Source: Octopus sinensis (lineage: Eukaryota). Taken from it: a stretch of 57,804 bases of DNA. Position numbers and translations under genes: made by a program. Position 1 is the stretch's first letter, and the number at the start of each line of letters is the position of its first letter. Positions 25,389-38,805 of the stretch are shown piece after piece. Under the pieces are notes generated by a model, which was not told the DNA's origin, did not search any database, and was given only the letters and a program-made list of their open reading frames with translations. The stretch is taken from positions 1-57,804 of the forward strand of contig NW_021835544.1 of NCBI RefSeq assembly GCF_006345805.1, given 5' to 3'.

Positions 25389-26158
25389 ATAAAATGTTTG
25401 ACAATCAATAATTTTAAACGAAGAAAACTACCAACTTACGTGGAGCCCATTTGACTTGCGTCTGTCCAGAGATAGATAGATAGATAAACAGACAGACAGA
25501 CAGATAGATAGATAGATAGATAGATAGATCGATAGCTGAACTGAGATATCCACATACATTATGAGATCGGTCAATACATAACACGCTCTAAATAATCCGT
25601 TAATCCAGTTTCTGGCCTAATTACATTATTTTATCAAACACAGAAGAAAATAAAAGGTGAAGTTAGCTTGGCTGTGATTTGAACCGAAGAGAAACATTGC
25701 TGTTACACCGGATGCTCTACCGATTGCTCCAACCATCGTTGAAATGTATGAGCTAAATCCTCGCCACTTACTTAAGCCAATGGCCAGTTGAGTGCATAGC
25801 AGTTTATTTTCCTAAATCCGTTTAAATTCGTTCTAACGAATTAACTAATCCTAAACACTACGTTTACATCCGTTCTCTCTTTCCATCACTCCTCTCTCTC
25901 TCTTTCTCTCTCTCTCTCTATTTCTTCCACTGTTTCTATCATTCTTCTCGCTTTCTTTCTACCTCCACCTCTATCTTTCTCTTTATTTTTCTCTCTCTTC
26001 CTCTATCTCTTTCTCTCTCTCTTTCTCTCTTTCACTCTCTCTTTCTGTCACCCTCCTTTCTATCTTTCTTTTTATCCATTCTCCCTTTCTTTCCGGAATT
26101 AAATAACGTAGTCTCTCTTCTGATTGGTTCCTGGCTTATTGGATTATTATTATTATTA

Positions 26159-26234
<76 letters not shown>

Positions 26235-26559
26235 CTTTTCCTGTTGTTATCATCAATAATATGATTGTTCTTTAATTACAAACAACTAATCAATACAAAT
26301 AATTAATAATGATGATTCTAATCTTTTTATCTTTATCTGTTTACTTATTTCAATCATTGGACTGCGACCATGGAGGAGCACCACGCAGAAGGTTTAATCG
26401 CACAAATCAGCCCATTACCTATTTTCCCTCTTTTTAAGTACCATACATATTTTGGCAGTTGTTAGCAACCATTGACCCGTTGTTCCCAACCCCTTTATTT
26501 AAATAAGTTTTCTCATAAACCCCTTTTAATATGCTTATCCTTTTGTGTTTGTGTGTAAT

Positions 26560-26630
<71 letters not shown>

Positions 26631-27136
26631 CTTGAAATTTACAGGAAAACAAAAGACGAAGACCGGTGTATAAACAACAAACAGGTGTATTAGTTTGACG
26701 CTCTGGAAATTGAGAAAGTCTTTTATGTTTCGAGCCTACGCTCTTTAACGGAAAGGAACACGAGGAAATAAACAGAGAGAATATAATTAAAAAAAGCTTG
26801 TGGATTTAGGGGTTAATCATGGCGACTGGTTGGGAAAAGTTATATATATATATATACATGTAAAATTTTGAATTTTGTTCTCGGACCCGCAGTACTATCT
26901 TGGCGAATTACTAGTTGTCCGCGGATCCCAGGCTGGGAACCGTTGCTTAGACCCCTAAGTTAAAGACTGAAAATTCATGTTTTTTTTTTGCGGGGAAAGG
27001 TACAGCAGATGCTTCCTGTTGTCTTCTGCTCCTTTACATATTTACTACTTACTCTGCTTGTCTCTTGCTCTCCAAACTTATCTTTATGGCAGGGGCCAGT
27101 TTAATTGTTCGGCCATGCACACATGTGTGTATCTGT

Positions 27137-27178
<42 letters not shown>

Positions 27179-27223
27179 ATTTCCTATTTTCGGATACATG
27201 ACCTACTAACACAGACACCCCCC

Positions 27224-27268
<45 letters not shown>

Positions 27269-27734
27269 GACAGGTATCTTTCAGTTTTCTTCTCAGAAGG
27301 CTTTTGTCGTCCGGGACTTATATTTGAAGACACTTCCCTAGTTACCCTGCTCTGGGCCTGAATCAGACAGCAGCTTTCTGCGGTCGGCAAGAGCTTCTTA
27401 CTGCAGACTCCCGGACGAACGGGAACGTGAAACTCTGAGTTGCGCTTGTTTTGTTATATTTTTGTGATGTTCTTGCAGCTTTAATAATAATAAATTATCT
27501 GTCTCTGTCTCTCTCTCTCTCTCTCTATACAAATATATATATATATATATATATATATTTGTGTGTGTGTGTGTTTGTGTATGTATGTATGTATTTATGT
27601 ATGTATGTATGTATGTATGTATGTATGTATGTATGTATGTATGTATGTATGTATGTATGTATGTATGTATGTATAATCGTTGGCGATTCTTTTTTCTCCG
27701 TCTTCCTTTTCTCTTGCACTTTCCCCTGTCTCCT

Positions 27735-27769
27735 GTTTCTGACGAAGAGCTTTGCTCGAATCGTTAAAC
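27735..27769 (+). ncRNA. Minimal hammerhead-like motif (core CUGACGA; GAAA mutated to GAAU)
   Basis: gttt-CTGACGA-a-gagc-ttt-gctc-GAAT-CG-T-T-aaac, in a short repeat (~27690-27870) resembling the 15.2 kb family. Confidence 0.55.
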
Positions 27770-28249
27770 CACCTTTCTTTCCTTCCCTGATCGTCAGCTA
27801 ATACATTACATTTACCACGTCCTTGCATTGTTGTTTTTTGTGTTTGTTCTACGTTTTTGGGGGATTTGCTATATATATATATATATATATATATATACTG
27901 GCAATCAATAGAATGATCGATTGCAGTCCTATCAATGGTTAAGTTCCCGTTAAATGCCACGTCTTACCTTCGGTAGTTTGGATAATGAGAAAGCCTCCGC
28001 GTGGTTTCGCGATTATGCTAGAAATAGCAACCAAACCGCTTTTCCCCTAAATCACATCCTATCGTCTTGGGAAACGTTGAAGAACGTTATCCCTGGTTCT
28101 CTGTACATAGAAAAAAATAAAATAAAACAGGATGGTCACAGTTGGAAAGCCTTTGATCATTAGGCTTCACGGAAGCTAAGCAGAAGCAACGATACTGCTT
28201 TATCTGTTCTGTTTTTTCCCCATGTAGGTCTTTATTGAAGAACCTCTGG

Positions 28250-29100
28250 AAGGTAACAGCGCCGCCACCGCTACCACTACCACTACTGCTACCCGACAGC
28301 TCAACACCACAACCGGCACCACCGCGACTACCATCACCACCACCACCACCACCATTACTACTGTCATCACCCCACTCCACCACCATCTCCACCATCACCA
28401 CCACCACCACCACCACCACCACCACCATCACCATCAACACCACCACCACCACCACCACCATCACCACCCCCACCACCATCACCATCAACACCACCACCAC
28501 CACCATCACCATCACCACCAGCAACACTATTGTCATCATACCCTCGTCACTGCCTCTTCCATCACCACCTCCACCATCACTACCACCCTCACCCCACCCT
28601 CACCCCCTCACCCCACCACCATCACCACCACCACAACCACCACCACCACAATCACCACCACCACCACAACCACCACCACCACCACAATCACCACCACCAC
28701 CACCACAACCACACCACACCACCACCACCAACCACCACCACCACCACAATCACCACCACACCACCACAACCACCACCACCACAACCACCACCACCACAAC
28801 CACCACCACCACCACAACCACCACCACCACAATCACCACCACCACCACCACAACCACCACCACCCCACCAACCACCACAACACCACACCACCACCAACAA
28901 CCACCACCACCACCACAATCACCACCACCACCACAATCACCACACCACCACCACAACCACCACCACCACCACCACCACCACCACAACCACCACCACCACC
29001 ACAACCACCACCACCACCACAATCACCACCACCACCACAATCACCACCACCATCACCACCCCTCCACCATTCCGACAACAACAACAACAACAACAATATT
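28250..29100. repeat. (ACC)n/(CAC)n degenerate trinucleotide tract
   Basis: Read directly. Confidence 0.95.
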
Positions 29101-29369
29101 AACCACATTAAAGAGAACAACACCAAAGGCATGAAAGAAGTGTTGTTGTTGTTGCTATTGTTTTGCACCGAGTCAACTCTGAACAGGACTTACGATCAAA
29201 AAGCATATTCCAGCCGCGACCATCACTTCTTTTCTCCCGGATGTTAAATATGGAGAACTAAACTATTGCATTTAGAGAGGAAGAAATAATTAAACGGTAG
29301 ATTTGGTTGTTACTTCTAGCATGTTGAGAGACCACATAGAGGCACTCTCATTGGATTGTGTTGGTTGTT

Positions 29370-29990
29370 GTTGATGGTGGTGGTGGTGATTTTGGTGGTG
29401 GTGGCGGTGGTGGTGGTGATGGTGGTGGTTGTGGTGGTGGTGATGGTGGTGGTTGTGGTGGTGGTTGTGGTGGTGGTGGCGGTTGGTGGTGGTGATGGTG
29501 GTGGTTGTGGTGGTTGTGGTGGTGGTGATGGTGGTGGTTGTGGTGGTGGTGATGGTGGTGGTTGTGGTGGTTGTGGTGGTGGTGATGGTGGTGGTTGTGG
29601 TGGTGGCGGTGGTGGTGGTTGTGGTGGTGGTGGCGGTTGGTGGTGGTGATGGTGGTGGTTGTGGTGGTGGCGGTTGGGATAGTGGTAGTAGTGGTGGTCG
29701 TGGTGGTGATGGTGGTGGTTGTGGTAGTAGTGGTGGTGGTGGTGGATTGGTGGCGGTGGTGATGGTTGGGGTGGTGGTGGTTGTGGTAGTAGTGGTAATG
29801 GTGATGGTGGTGGTTGTGGTGGTGGTGATGGTGGTGATTATGGTGATTTTGGTGGTGGTGGCGGTTGGTGGTGGTGATGGTGGTGTTGGTGGTAGTGGTG
29901 GTGGTGGTGGTGTTTGTTGTGGTGATGGTGATGGTGGTGGTGGTGGTGTGGTGGTGGTGGTGGTGGTGGTGGTGGTGGTGGTGGTGGTGA
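29370..29990. repeat. (GGT)n degenerate trinucleotide tract (inverse orientation to 28250-29100)
   Basis: Read directly. Confidence 0.95.
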
Positions 29991-30229
29991 TCGTAACACA
30001 ATCTTTTCGACAGAACCCAGATCGATGTCTGTGTGTGGGTTCGAACAGCAAAGTGTATAAATGTGATGAGGTGAAGGAAAATATGTTGTTTCCTAAGAGA
30101 GGGGTGGGGTAGGGAGAGGGAGAGTGGGGGGATGAAGGGGTTGATCGAAAGTTCGAACAGTTAAGGAGGCTGAGGATAGGAGAGGCAGAAGGAGGAGGGG
30201 AGGAAGGAAGAGGAAACCGAAGGGAAATG

Positions 30230-30629
30230 CATAGAGAACTGAAAGAGAGTGAGTGTGAGAGAGAGTGAGAGGAAGAGAGAGAGAGTGAGTTGTGAGTGTG
30301 AGTGTGAGTGTGTGTGTATGAGAGGGTGAGAGGAAGAGAGAGAGAGTGAGAGGAAGAGAGAGAGTGAGAGGAAGAAAGAGAGAGAGTGAGAGGAAGAGAG
30401 AGAGTGAGAGGAAGAGAGAGAGTTGTGAGTGTGAGTGTGTGTGTGTGAGGGAGTGAGAGGAAGAGAGAAAGAGTGAGAGGAAGAGAGAGAGTGAGAGGAA
30501 GAGAGAGAGAAGAACTGCGTATGTGAGAGAGAGAGATAAATTGATAGATAGGGAGAGAGAGAAAAAGAGACGTGCGTGTGACAGTGTGAGAGAAAGAGAG
30601 AATGCGTGTGTGTGTGTGTGTGTATGTGA

Positions 30630-30670
<41 letters not shown>

Positions 30671-30849
30671 AGAAAGAGAGGCAAAGTGAGGGAGACATAC
30701 AGCTAGGCAGAAGTAAGTAGAAGTATAAGCGATTATAAGCAGTTGGAATTGACGATGACGATGATGATGATGATGACAGCGACGACGACAACGACGACGG
30801 TGATGATGATGATGATGATATGATGATGATGATGATGATGATAATAATA

Positions 30850-30885
<36 letters not shown>

Positions 30886-30964
30886 TAGCGACGATGACGA
30901 CGTCAAAGAAGACGATGATGTTTTTGATGATTATGATGATGATGCTGTTGCTGTTGCTGATGTC

Positions 30965-31000
<36 letters not shown>

Positions 31001-32150
31001 CGACGACGACGACGACGATGATGATGATGACGATGATGATGGTGGTGGTGCTGCTGCTGCGGATGACAGCGACGGCGTTGTGTTATGAAATAGTGTTGCT
31101 GATGTTGAAAGATGATAATGTTGTCAATATCAGCACATCAGCACCAACAACACACCGCCGCCACCACCACCGCCACCACCACCGCCACCAGCGCCACCAC
31201 TGCCACCACCGCCACAAGCATCACCAGCGCCACCACCACCACCACCAGTCTACAACCTCCGCTGCCGTCCCCATCTCCACCTGAGACGGAAGGAAACCAT
31301 GACCTAGTTGTATGTAGGTCAAATCTGTTCAGATTAGAGATGAGAGGTGATGATGTGTACGAGAGTTACCTGGAGAGTAAGGAGAGAGGGAGAGGTAGGG
31401 AGGAAAGATGAGATGGAGAGAGAGAGAGAAAGAGAGAGAGAGAGGGGGAGTGGAGATGTGGAACAAAGAGAATGGAGTGAGGGGAGTTGTGAGGGAGAGT
31501 GTAACAGGGAGAGAGAGATAGCAAAGAGAAAATAGACCTAAAGAGAGAGGGAGGAGAGATGGTAGGATGGAAAGAGGAAGTGAGAGACGTAGAAAAAGAA
31601 AGAGAGAGAGGGGTAGGGGGAGAGAAAAGAGAATGAGTGAGAGGAGTAGTGAGGGAGAGAGAGAGATAGTTAGCAAAGAGTAAATAGAGCGAGATAAAGG
31701 AAGCGGAAGAAGGAGAAATGGTGAAATAGAAAGAGAGAGAGAGAGATGTAGAGAAAGAAAGGTAGAGAGAGGAGAGAGAGGGTGGATAGATGGAGGAGTA
31801 GCGAGAGATTGATAGAAAGAGTGTTTTAAAGAGAGAGGAAGAGGGTGAGAGAGACGCAGAATGAAAGAGATTTAGAGAGAGAGAGAGAGAGAGAGAAAGA
31901 AAGAAAGAGAGAGAAAGAAAGGGAGAGAGAAAGAAAGGGAGAGATAATGTGAGAGAGAGATAAGAATAGAACAATAGAAAAAGTGTGTGGTGTGTGTGTG
32001 TGCGTGTGTGTATTTAAGATGAAATAGAAGGGAAAGACAGGAAGACGAAGAAGAAGACGAAGAAGAAGAAGAAGAAGAAGAAGAAGAAGAAGAGAAGAAG
32101 AAAAAGAAGAAGAAGAAGATCAAGAAGAAGAAGAAGAAGAAGAAGAAGAG
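30230..32150. repeat. Compound simple-sequence domain: GAGAGTGAGAGGAA minisatellite, (GAT)n, (CCA)n, GA-rich polypurine tract, (GAA)n
   Basis: Read directly. Confidence 0.9.
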
Positions 32151-32633
32151 TTGTGAGTGTGAATATCTACATTTACTTGCGCATGCGCATGTGTTCATAC
32201 ATGCGTATATTCATATATAAATATTTGCATATATTTATTATTCTTCAACAAGGAAACTATTGGCAGTGACTTTCAAGTTTCGAGTAGTTAACTTATCGAC
32301 TGACGATAGATGACTTCGAAGTCACAGTCAGTAACACTCTGCTTAAGAAGAATACATTTCTACTCTACAAATGCATAAAGTAACCCATCAGATTAATGCA
32401 AAATGATCTGATATCACTGAACATAAAAACAAATGTTTACATGCATACACACACAGACCCGCCCCCCCACACACACACATGTAGGTATGTATAATATCCC
32501 AGAAACAGGTGTAAGTCTATAGCTCTTTCCTTATAAATGTCCTGAAAAACGCCTCACAGCCTTGGCTTTCTTATCTGTTTCTGTCTAATATGTATGTATG
32601 TATCTCTTTTCTCTCTCCGCTATATATAATAAA

Positions 32634-32672
<39 letters not shown>

Positions 32673-32702
32673 GGAAGGTTTGGAGATGATGTACAGTATT
32701 AT

Positions 32703-33077
32703 ATATTAGAAGAAATGAGGTAATCAGAGGATCGGATGGTTTATATTTTACAGATATTTATTTATATATACATATTTTACATATATATCATATCACTTAG
32801 ATCATTAGCGCTTTCTCCCATTCTAGTGGGTTTTCAAATCAAATAAGTTCCTTTGTGGGGAATTTTATAGAGTTTCGTAGTGGTGGGGAGAATATAAGAC
32901 ACTACAAACTCTATAAAATGATTAAAATTCCCCACAAAGAACTTATTTTGATTTGAAAACCCCACTAGAATGGGATAAAGCGCTAATGATCTAAGTGATA
33001 TATATATATGTAAAATATGTAATATATAATAAATATTTGTAAATATAAACCATCCGATCCTCTGATTACCTCATTTC

Positions 33078-33086
<9 letters not shown>
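32703..33086. repeat. ~385 bp imperfect palindrome flanked by (TA)n
   Basis: atattagaagaaatgaggtaatcagaggatcggatgg... is mirrored by ...ccatccgatcctctgattacctcatttcttctaatat; the centre is near 32890. Confidence 0.9.
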
Positions 33087-33116
<30 letters not shown>

Positions 33117-33264
33117 GAAGCCGTAAGGCTTCATTTCCACACACGCCAGCTGAATTCAATTCGTCCCCAGTCGAAGACACCTGTTGTTATGACCTGTTAT
33201 TATTATTATTTTATATTATTATATTATTATTATTATTATTTTATTATTATTTTATTATTATCAT

Positions 33265-33296
<32 letters not shown>

Positions 33297-33645
33297 ATTA
33301 TTCTTATTATTATTATTATTATTATTATTATTTTTATTGTATTTTGTATTTATGTTCGTGTAACATCGTTTTTGTTCTCTGCCCTTGTATTCGTATACAC
33401 TCGATGCTTTCTTCCAAGGAATCTAATGCTCTTAGATTAGTTTTCCCTTGAGGCTGGCCAGATTGGAGCAATCTCAAGATTAATCAGCTGAAATTACGAG
33501 GATGATCCAGTTCTTGACTGGGGATAGAAAGCTTCGAATGACCCGTCCTTGTTTTTTTGTATCGTCTATCTGGATGTTTTGTTGTCCCTTTTTGTATCAC
33601 CTAGTTGTCCGGATATTTTGCGATCTTGTCCCATTTTGTATTTTA

Positions 33646-33691
<46 letters not shown>

Positions 33692-33946
33692 CGACAATGT
33701 AAACTTCATTTAATCAAGATAGCCTCGGCTACAACTTCCGGGGTTCCGCTCACTATGAAACATACGTAGCCTGGATTTTTATCTATTCCATTCTTTAACT
33801 CTTGGATATGTGTGTATACACACCCACCACACGCACGCACACACACACACACACATACATACATACATCATACTACATACATACATACATACATACATAC
33901 ATACATACATACATACATACATACACACACCACACACCACACACCC

Positions 33947-33977
<31 letters not shown>

Positions 33978-34114
33978 CTATATATACGAACTAAGTGTAA
34001 AATTTATATTACTAAAAAATTAAAAAGTAAGAATTTAAACTGATTAGAACTACCACTGATGTTCTTTTTCCATTTTCTAACTGTACCAAGGATCTCACAC
34101 ATTTCCTAATATAT

Positions 34115-34825
34115 GTGGCTGTGTGGTAAGTAGCTTGTTTACAAACCACATGGTTCCGAGTTCAATCTCACTGCATGCCACCTTGTGCAAGTGTCTTCTA
34201 CTGTAGCCTCGGGCTGACCAAAACCTTGTGAGTGCATTTGGTAGACGGAAACTGAAGCCCGTCGTATATATATATTATGTCAGGTTACTTTTGAGTGCTA
34301 CTGGTAACATGTAACCCAGTACAGTCTGTTGCATGGTCGGGTCGTCGGCGACTAAACCGGCAACCCCACCAAGCTTGCTTGGTGAGGAGGGTGTTTATTG
34401 GACACCTGCGGGATGAAAAACAAAACCCGTCAAAGGGCGGAGGAACTCTGAGAGTCAACGGCCATCCAATAAATGCCTTAAGGCTGTATCATGCGCGGGG
34501 CATAGAAATAATCGGACTGAATACCCGATCGCGCGGTTAAACCATTGGGAGTGAGGACTCCTAGCCTTTGTTAGGGCATCCTTCTAGGAGAAGGTAACTC
34601 AGGTAACTGGGATAACTCCGACTAAAACCTGCGGTTCAGTGGTTACCGATGAGTTTGACTTGTTCTTCTTTCGGATTATGGCTGTTGTTGCTTAGTGAGT
34701 GGGATTGAGTCAGTGCACAGCCTTTCCTCACTTTAAAAAAAATATTCTTGTACAGTCATTGCACGATAACAACATTGATTAAGCTTCGTGCAATGGCCAT
34801 ACTCGATAACGAGGGGGCAGCCACC

Positions 34826-34918
<93 letters not shown>

Positions 34919-35128
34919 TTGCGTGTGTTTGTTTGTCCGCCCGACATCACTTGACAACCTATGCTGGTGTGTTTACGTACCCGTAACGTTGCGGTTCGGC
35001 AAAAGAGACCGATGAAATAAGTACTAGGCTTACAAAGAATAATTCCTGGGGTCGATTTGCTCGCCTAAAGGTGGTACTCCAGCATGGCCACAGTCAAATG
35101 ACTGAAACAAGTAAAAGAATGAAAGAAT
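34115..35128 (+). mobile_element. Family A SINE split by a ~570 bp insert (head 34115-34268, tail ~34905-35128)
   Basis: Head and tail match other family A copies. The intervening 34270-34830 is a GC-richer unrelated sequence. Confidence 0.7.
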
Positions 35129-35159
35129 ATATTAAGAGTTGTTTATATTTATATGTATA

Positions 35160-35957
35160 TCTATATATATATAACTCAACTTGTGTGTCTGTGTGTGTGT
35201 CTGTGTGTTTAACTTCCCGGCACATCTCCTAGCCAACAAATCGTAGAACCACCAAAAATGTTTAGGCGAATAAAAATTGAACTGCGCTAATTCTGTTCCG
35301 AACTTCATCTCGCAAGTGCAAAAATCGATAATGTGTTTGTTTAGGCCTTATCCCATGCATTGAATAGTGAACTTTACTCAGTCAGCTGTTTGACGTGAAT
35401 TCTGTTCACCACGTGTGCAAGCATGCGTAAATTGCATGAAAAATAAAAAATCAAGATATAAAAACGAATCGCCGTAAACATTGTAGAAATTCGACAAGAA
35501 ATGAATTTTCGGGATGTAGCCTGGAGGGTTTTTTTCCTATTAATCGTTTGGACTTTGTGAACACATACCAATTGTTTTCATAACATTTTTAACGCTTTGA
35601 ATTAAATGTGACCATTTTGCGTTAAGTCTGCAGTTTGAATCACTTTCACCAATTTTAGCGGCTGGATTTTTGATCATCATGATACATCGCCAGCGACTCC
35701 CTGAAACTCTCCCCGAAATCCCGTTGAGAAATACTGATCTAAAAGAATAATTCAACAATGTAAATATTTTGATCAACAAAATTTGAAACGCTTCTACGTA
35801 CTTCCTATTGAGGAAATGGAACACAATAACAAACATTAGCATTAAATGCTTGATTTTAAAACCAAAATAATTGAATTTTGATTGAACTTCATCCAAGTTC
35901 AGCTTAATTCGCGCGTGCATAGGACGCATGAGCGCTCGAGCCGGGCAATACTGCTAG
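35160..35957 (+). mobile_element. Non-autonomous Helitron (798 bp) with complete termini
   Basis: A|TC 5' terminus (35160 TCTATATATATATAAC), 3' gctcgagccgggcaatactgCTAG|T, inserted between A and T with no TSD. Confidence 0.8.
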
Positions 35958-35960
35958 TAG

Positions 35961-36001
<41 letters not shown>

Positions 36002-36010
<9 letters not shown>

Positions 36011-36173
36011 ATTCGAGACAAAACCACTATTTAAAACCAACAAGAAAAGACTTAATCAATAACATAAAATTTTAATATAAATTAAATAAATTTATTTAAT
36101 TTATAAATTTTATGTATTGATTAAGTCTTTCTTGTTTGGTTTTAAATAGTGGTTTGTCTCGAATTATATTATA
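36002..36173. repeat. ~170 bp near-perfect AT-rich palindrome
   Basis: ataattcgagacaaaaccactatttaaaacc...aaataaa|tttattt...ggttttaaatagtggtttgtctcgaattat. Confidence 0.9.
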
Positions 36174-37134
36174 ATAATATTTTACTATAAAATTGGATTT
36201 AACCCTAAATCTGATTTTTCCCTGTAATTTTGGATTCATTCCCTAATATTTATTATTATATATATATATGTATATATGCGCTTTCTCATATATACCTGTA
36301 TATATATTTCTGTATATACACTTTTCTATATCAGTGATCCTCTTGATTAACAGAGAATAGAAAACAGAACCAGGTCCGTCCTGCACTGAGAAGACCTACC
36401 ATCAAATATGTTCCAAAAGTGACTGCCCAGGCATTCTTTCCCCTGCATTAGACATTTAGCATGTATTGAAATGGATTCTTTCGCTTTTGAAGACTGCCTG
36501 GCGCATAGCATGTGAGGGAGATTCGGTTTTCATTTCTAGCAGCTCATTAGACAACATGCTGGTTCAATCACTGGCTCCGTTGGTGAGGTATTTCTCAGGA
36601 TTCTCTGAACTGAATAATTAAAATTCTGTGTTTCTTTCGAAAGAGCCCCAAAGGGAATAGCAAGAGAGGCAACAGACACGCTACATACACACATACATAT
36701 ACACACACATTCATACATACACACATACATACGTACATACATACATACACATACATTACATACATACTACATACATGCATGCATCATACTACTACATCAT
36801 ACATGTATACATAATACATACAACATACATACATACATTCATACATACATCATACATACATACATACATACATACATACATACATACATACATACATACA
36901 TGCATACATACATACATACATACATACATACACACATGCACCCACATACATACATATACACACACAAGCATTCATGCATTCACATATATACATGTATGCG
37001 TGTACATATGTAAATGTATATACATATATTCATGCATACACGCACATATTACCACTACAAGAACTACTACTACTACTACTACTACTACTAGGCTCAGAGG
37101 TGCCCCATAGGCGAAGCTAAAGAATGTGCAAAAA

Positions 37135-37372
37135 TGGTAAAGCGTACATAAATTGCTTATTTTTTCACCTGTTTCACTCATCAGACTGCGGCCATGCTGG
37201 GGCACCGCCTTGAAGAATTTTATTCGAACAAATCTACCCCAGTATTTTTTGTTTTTTTAAACCTTGATGCTTAATCTATTAGTTTCTCTCTTTTTTTGTT
37301 TGGGTTTTGCCAAATCGCTAAGTTGTGGGAACGAAAACGAACCAACACCGGTTGTCAAGCGGTGGTGAGGGA
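37135..37372 (-). mobile_element. Family A SINE, 3' half
   Basis: gactgcggccatgctggggcaccgcc...ggttgtcaagcggtggtg homologous to 5616. Confidence 0.7.
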
Positions 37373-37720
37373 CACACACACACATACATTCATATATGTA
37401 TGTATATATATATATATATAAGAGGAGAGATAAGAGGAAAAATTCTATAAGAAAGGAACTCTAATCTCTCTTTTATATTTTGACAGCATAACAAATGCGC
37501 AACCGGTAAAAAGAACTTTCACCTAATTAAATTATTAAATTACTTCAATTATTTTTCAGCTTTTCTTCATTTCCTTTTTTATATATCACCACTCGTGTTC
37601 GACATCTCCTTTTTTTAAATATATATATATATAATATATATATATATAATATATGTTTATTATGTTTTATGTTTTCCAGTTTCAGCTCTTGAGCTGTGGC
37701 CATGCTGGGGCACCGCCATT

Positions 37721-37759
<39 letters not shown>

Positions 37760-38768
37760 CAAAATTTAGATTCAAATGAATATGGTACTTAAGTTAGATG
37801 CACCAGAATTTTGTATGGTGTTATCCATATAAATCCATGGGGTGATTATAATCAAAATAAGCAACAAGAATATCTTCGGTAATTTGGTACGATCGTTTCA
37901 TGCTACATCATTTTATTAAACATTGTAAGTATTACAACAGTTTTAAATGTTGAGCAATCATCAGCCATTTATAGAGGTTTTCCATTAATACATATTTTCA
38001 TATTAATTGATAACATTATAAGGAGGGTAGATATATAGACAGAGATATCGATTTGAATTTTAAGAACATTAAGGTTATAGAATTTATCTTCTGACTGAAG
38101 AATATTCTTTAAGTTATTTTGAACTGCTAGAGGTGGGGAAGGATATTCAGTTGAACGGAGACAAAAGAGATTTTCTATTTATAGAAGTAGGTAGGGGTGA
38201 AATAAATGTCAAAAGTTATTCCTAAAGAAATTAAAGTAGAAAGGGGATTATAATGCCTAAGATGCTGTTTACTGCTATTTGACAAACAGACTTTGTATCA
38301 AGAAAACTAGGTCAATGCTAGATGGTCAGAATGACCACCTATATACAAAAAAGTTATAGAGGATGCAGAGATTCCTTTATACTTATATACATCAGCTTTA
38401 TACTTAGCTAGTAGGTGTTGAATATTTTGTTACGTTGGATTAAAGGAGAAATTATAAATCCAATATTTATTAATATATATTAATTTGGGAGAAAAAAATC
38501 TATCATTTATTATGAGTAGGCGTAATACTCAATAACTGTGTACAAAGTCTTAAAAATAAAGTGAATATATTAGGGGTCAATTAAATATATTAGAAAAATG
38601 GAAGAGGAGTAATCAAGATGAGTACTTTTCTTAGGTTTAGTAGAAGGTGATTCATTTTTAGGAAGAGAAGTAATCAAGAGAGTAAATTTCTCAGATTTAG
38701 TATGGTGAATTGGTGAATTAAATTAAGTCTGTTGACATATTAATAACCCGCGGAGTATATAATTATAG

Positions 38769-38805
<37 letters not shown>

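Larger units (their letters stand above)
21043..25470 (-). mobile_element. Tx1/L1-clade LINE (APE + RT + C-terminal Cys motif), apparently full-length, disrupted; (GATA)n on both flanks
   Basis: ORF2 remnants span 24802-21419. There is an upstream ORF1-like segment, and the 3' UTR ends ...gctAATAAAgaaacat followed by (ATCT)n. GATA/GACA repeats lie at ~20915-21042 and ~25471-25530. Confidence 0.85.

Noticed and set aside
27335-27450. GC-rich exon-like island (LPCSGPESDSSFLRSARASYCRLPDERERETL)
   Set aside because: No convincing donor site, recognisable protein or partner exons; more likely a repeat fragment. RNA-seq or BLAST would settle it.
29290-30684. 464-aa Thr/Pro-rich mucin-like ORF (also the 299-aa ORF at 28235-29134)
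   Set aside because: These are translations of (GGT)n/(ACC)n and GA repeats. All frames are open and no domain is present.
32295-32330. ctgac..tgacttcgaagtca..gtcag small hairpin
   Set aside because: A short isolated palindrome with GAAG rather than GAAA and no stem I; consistent with chance.
33480-33535. Hammerhead-like GAAAGCTT with a preceding stem
   Set aside because: The core reads AGGATGA, which is not compatible with the catalytic consensus.
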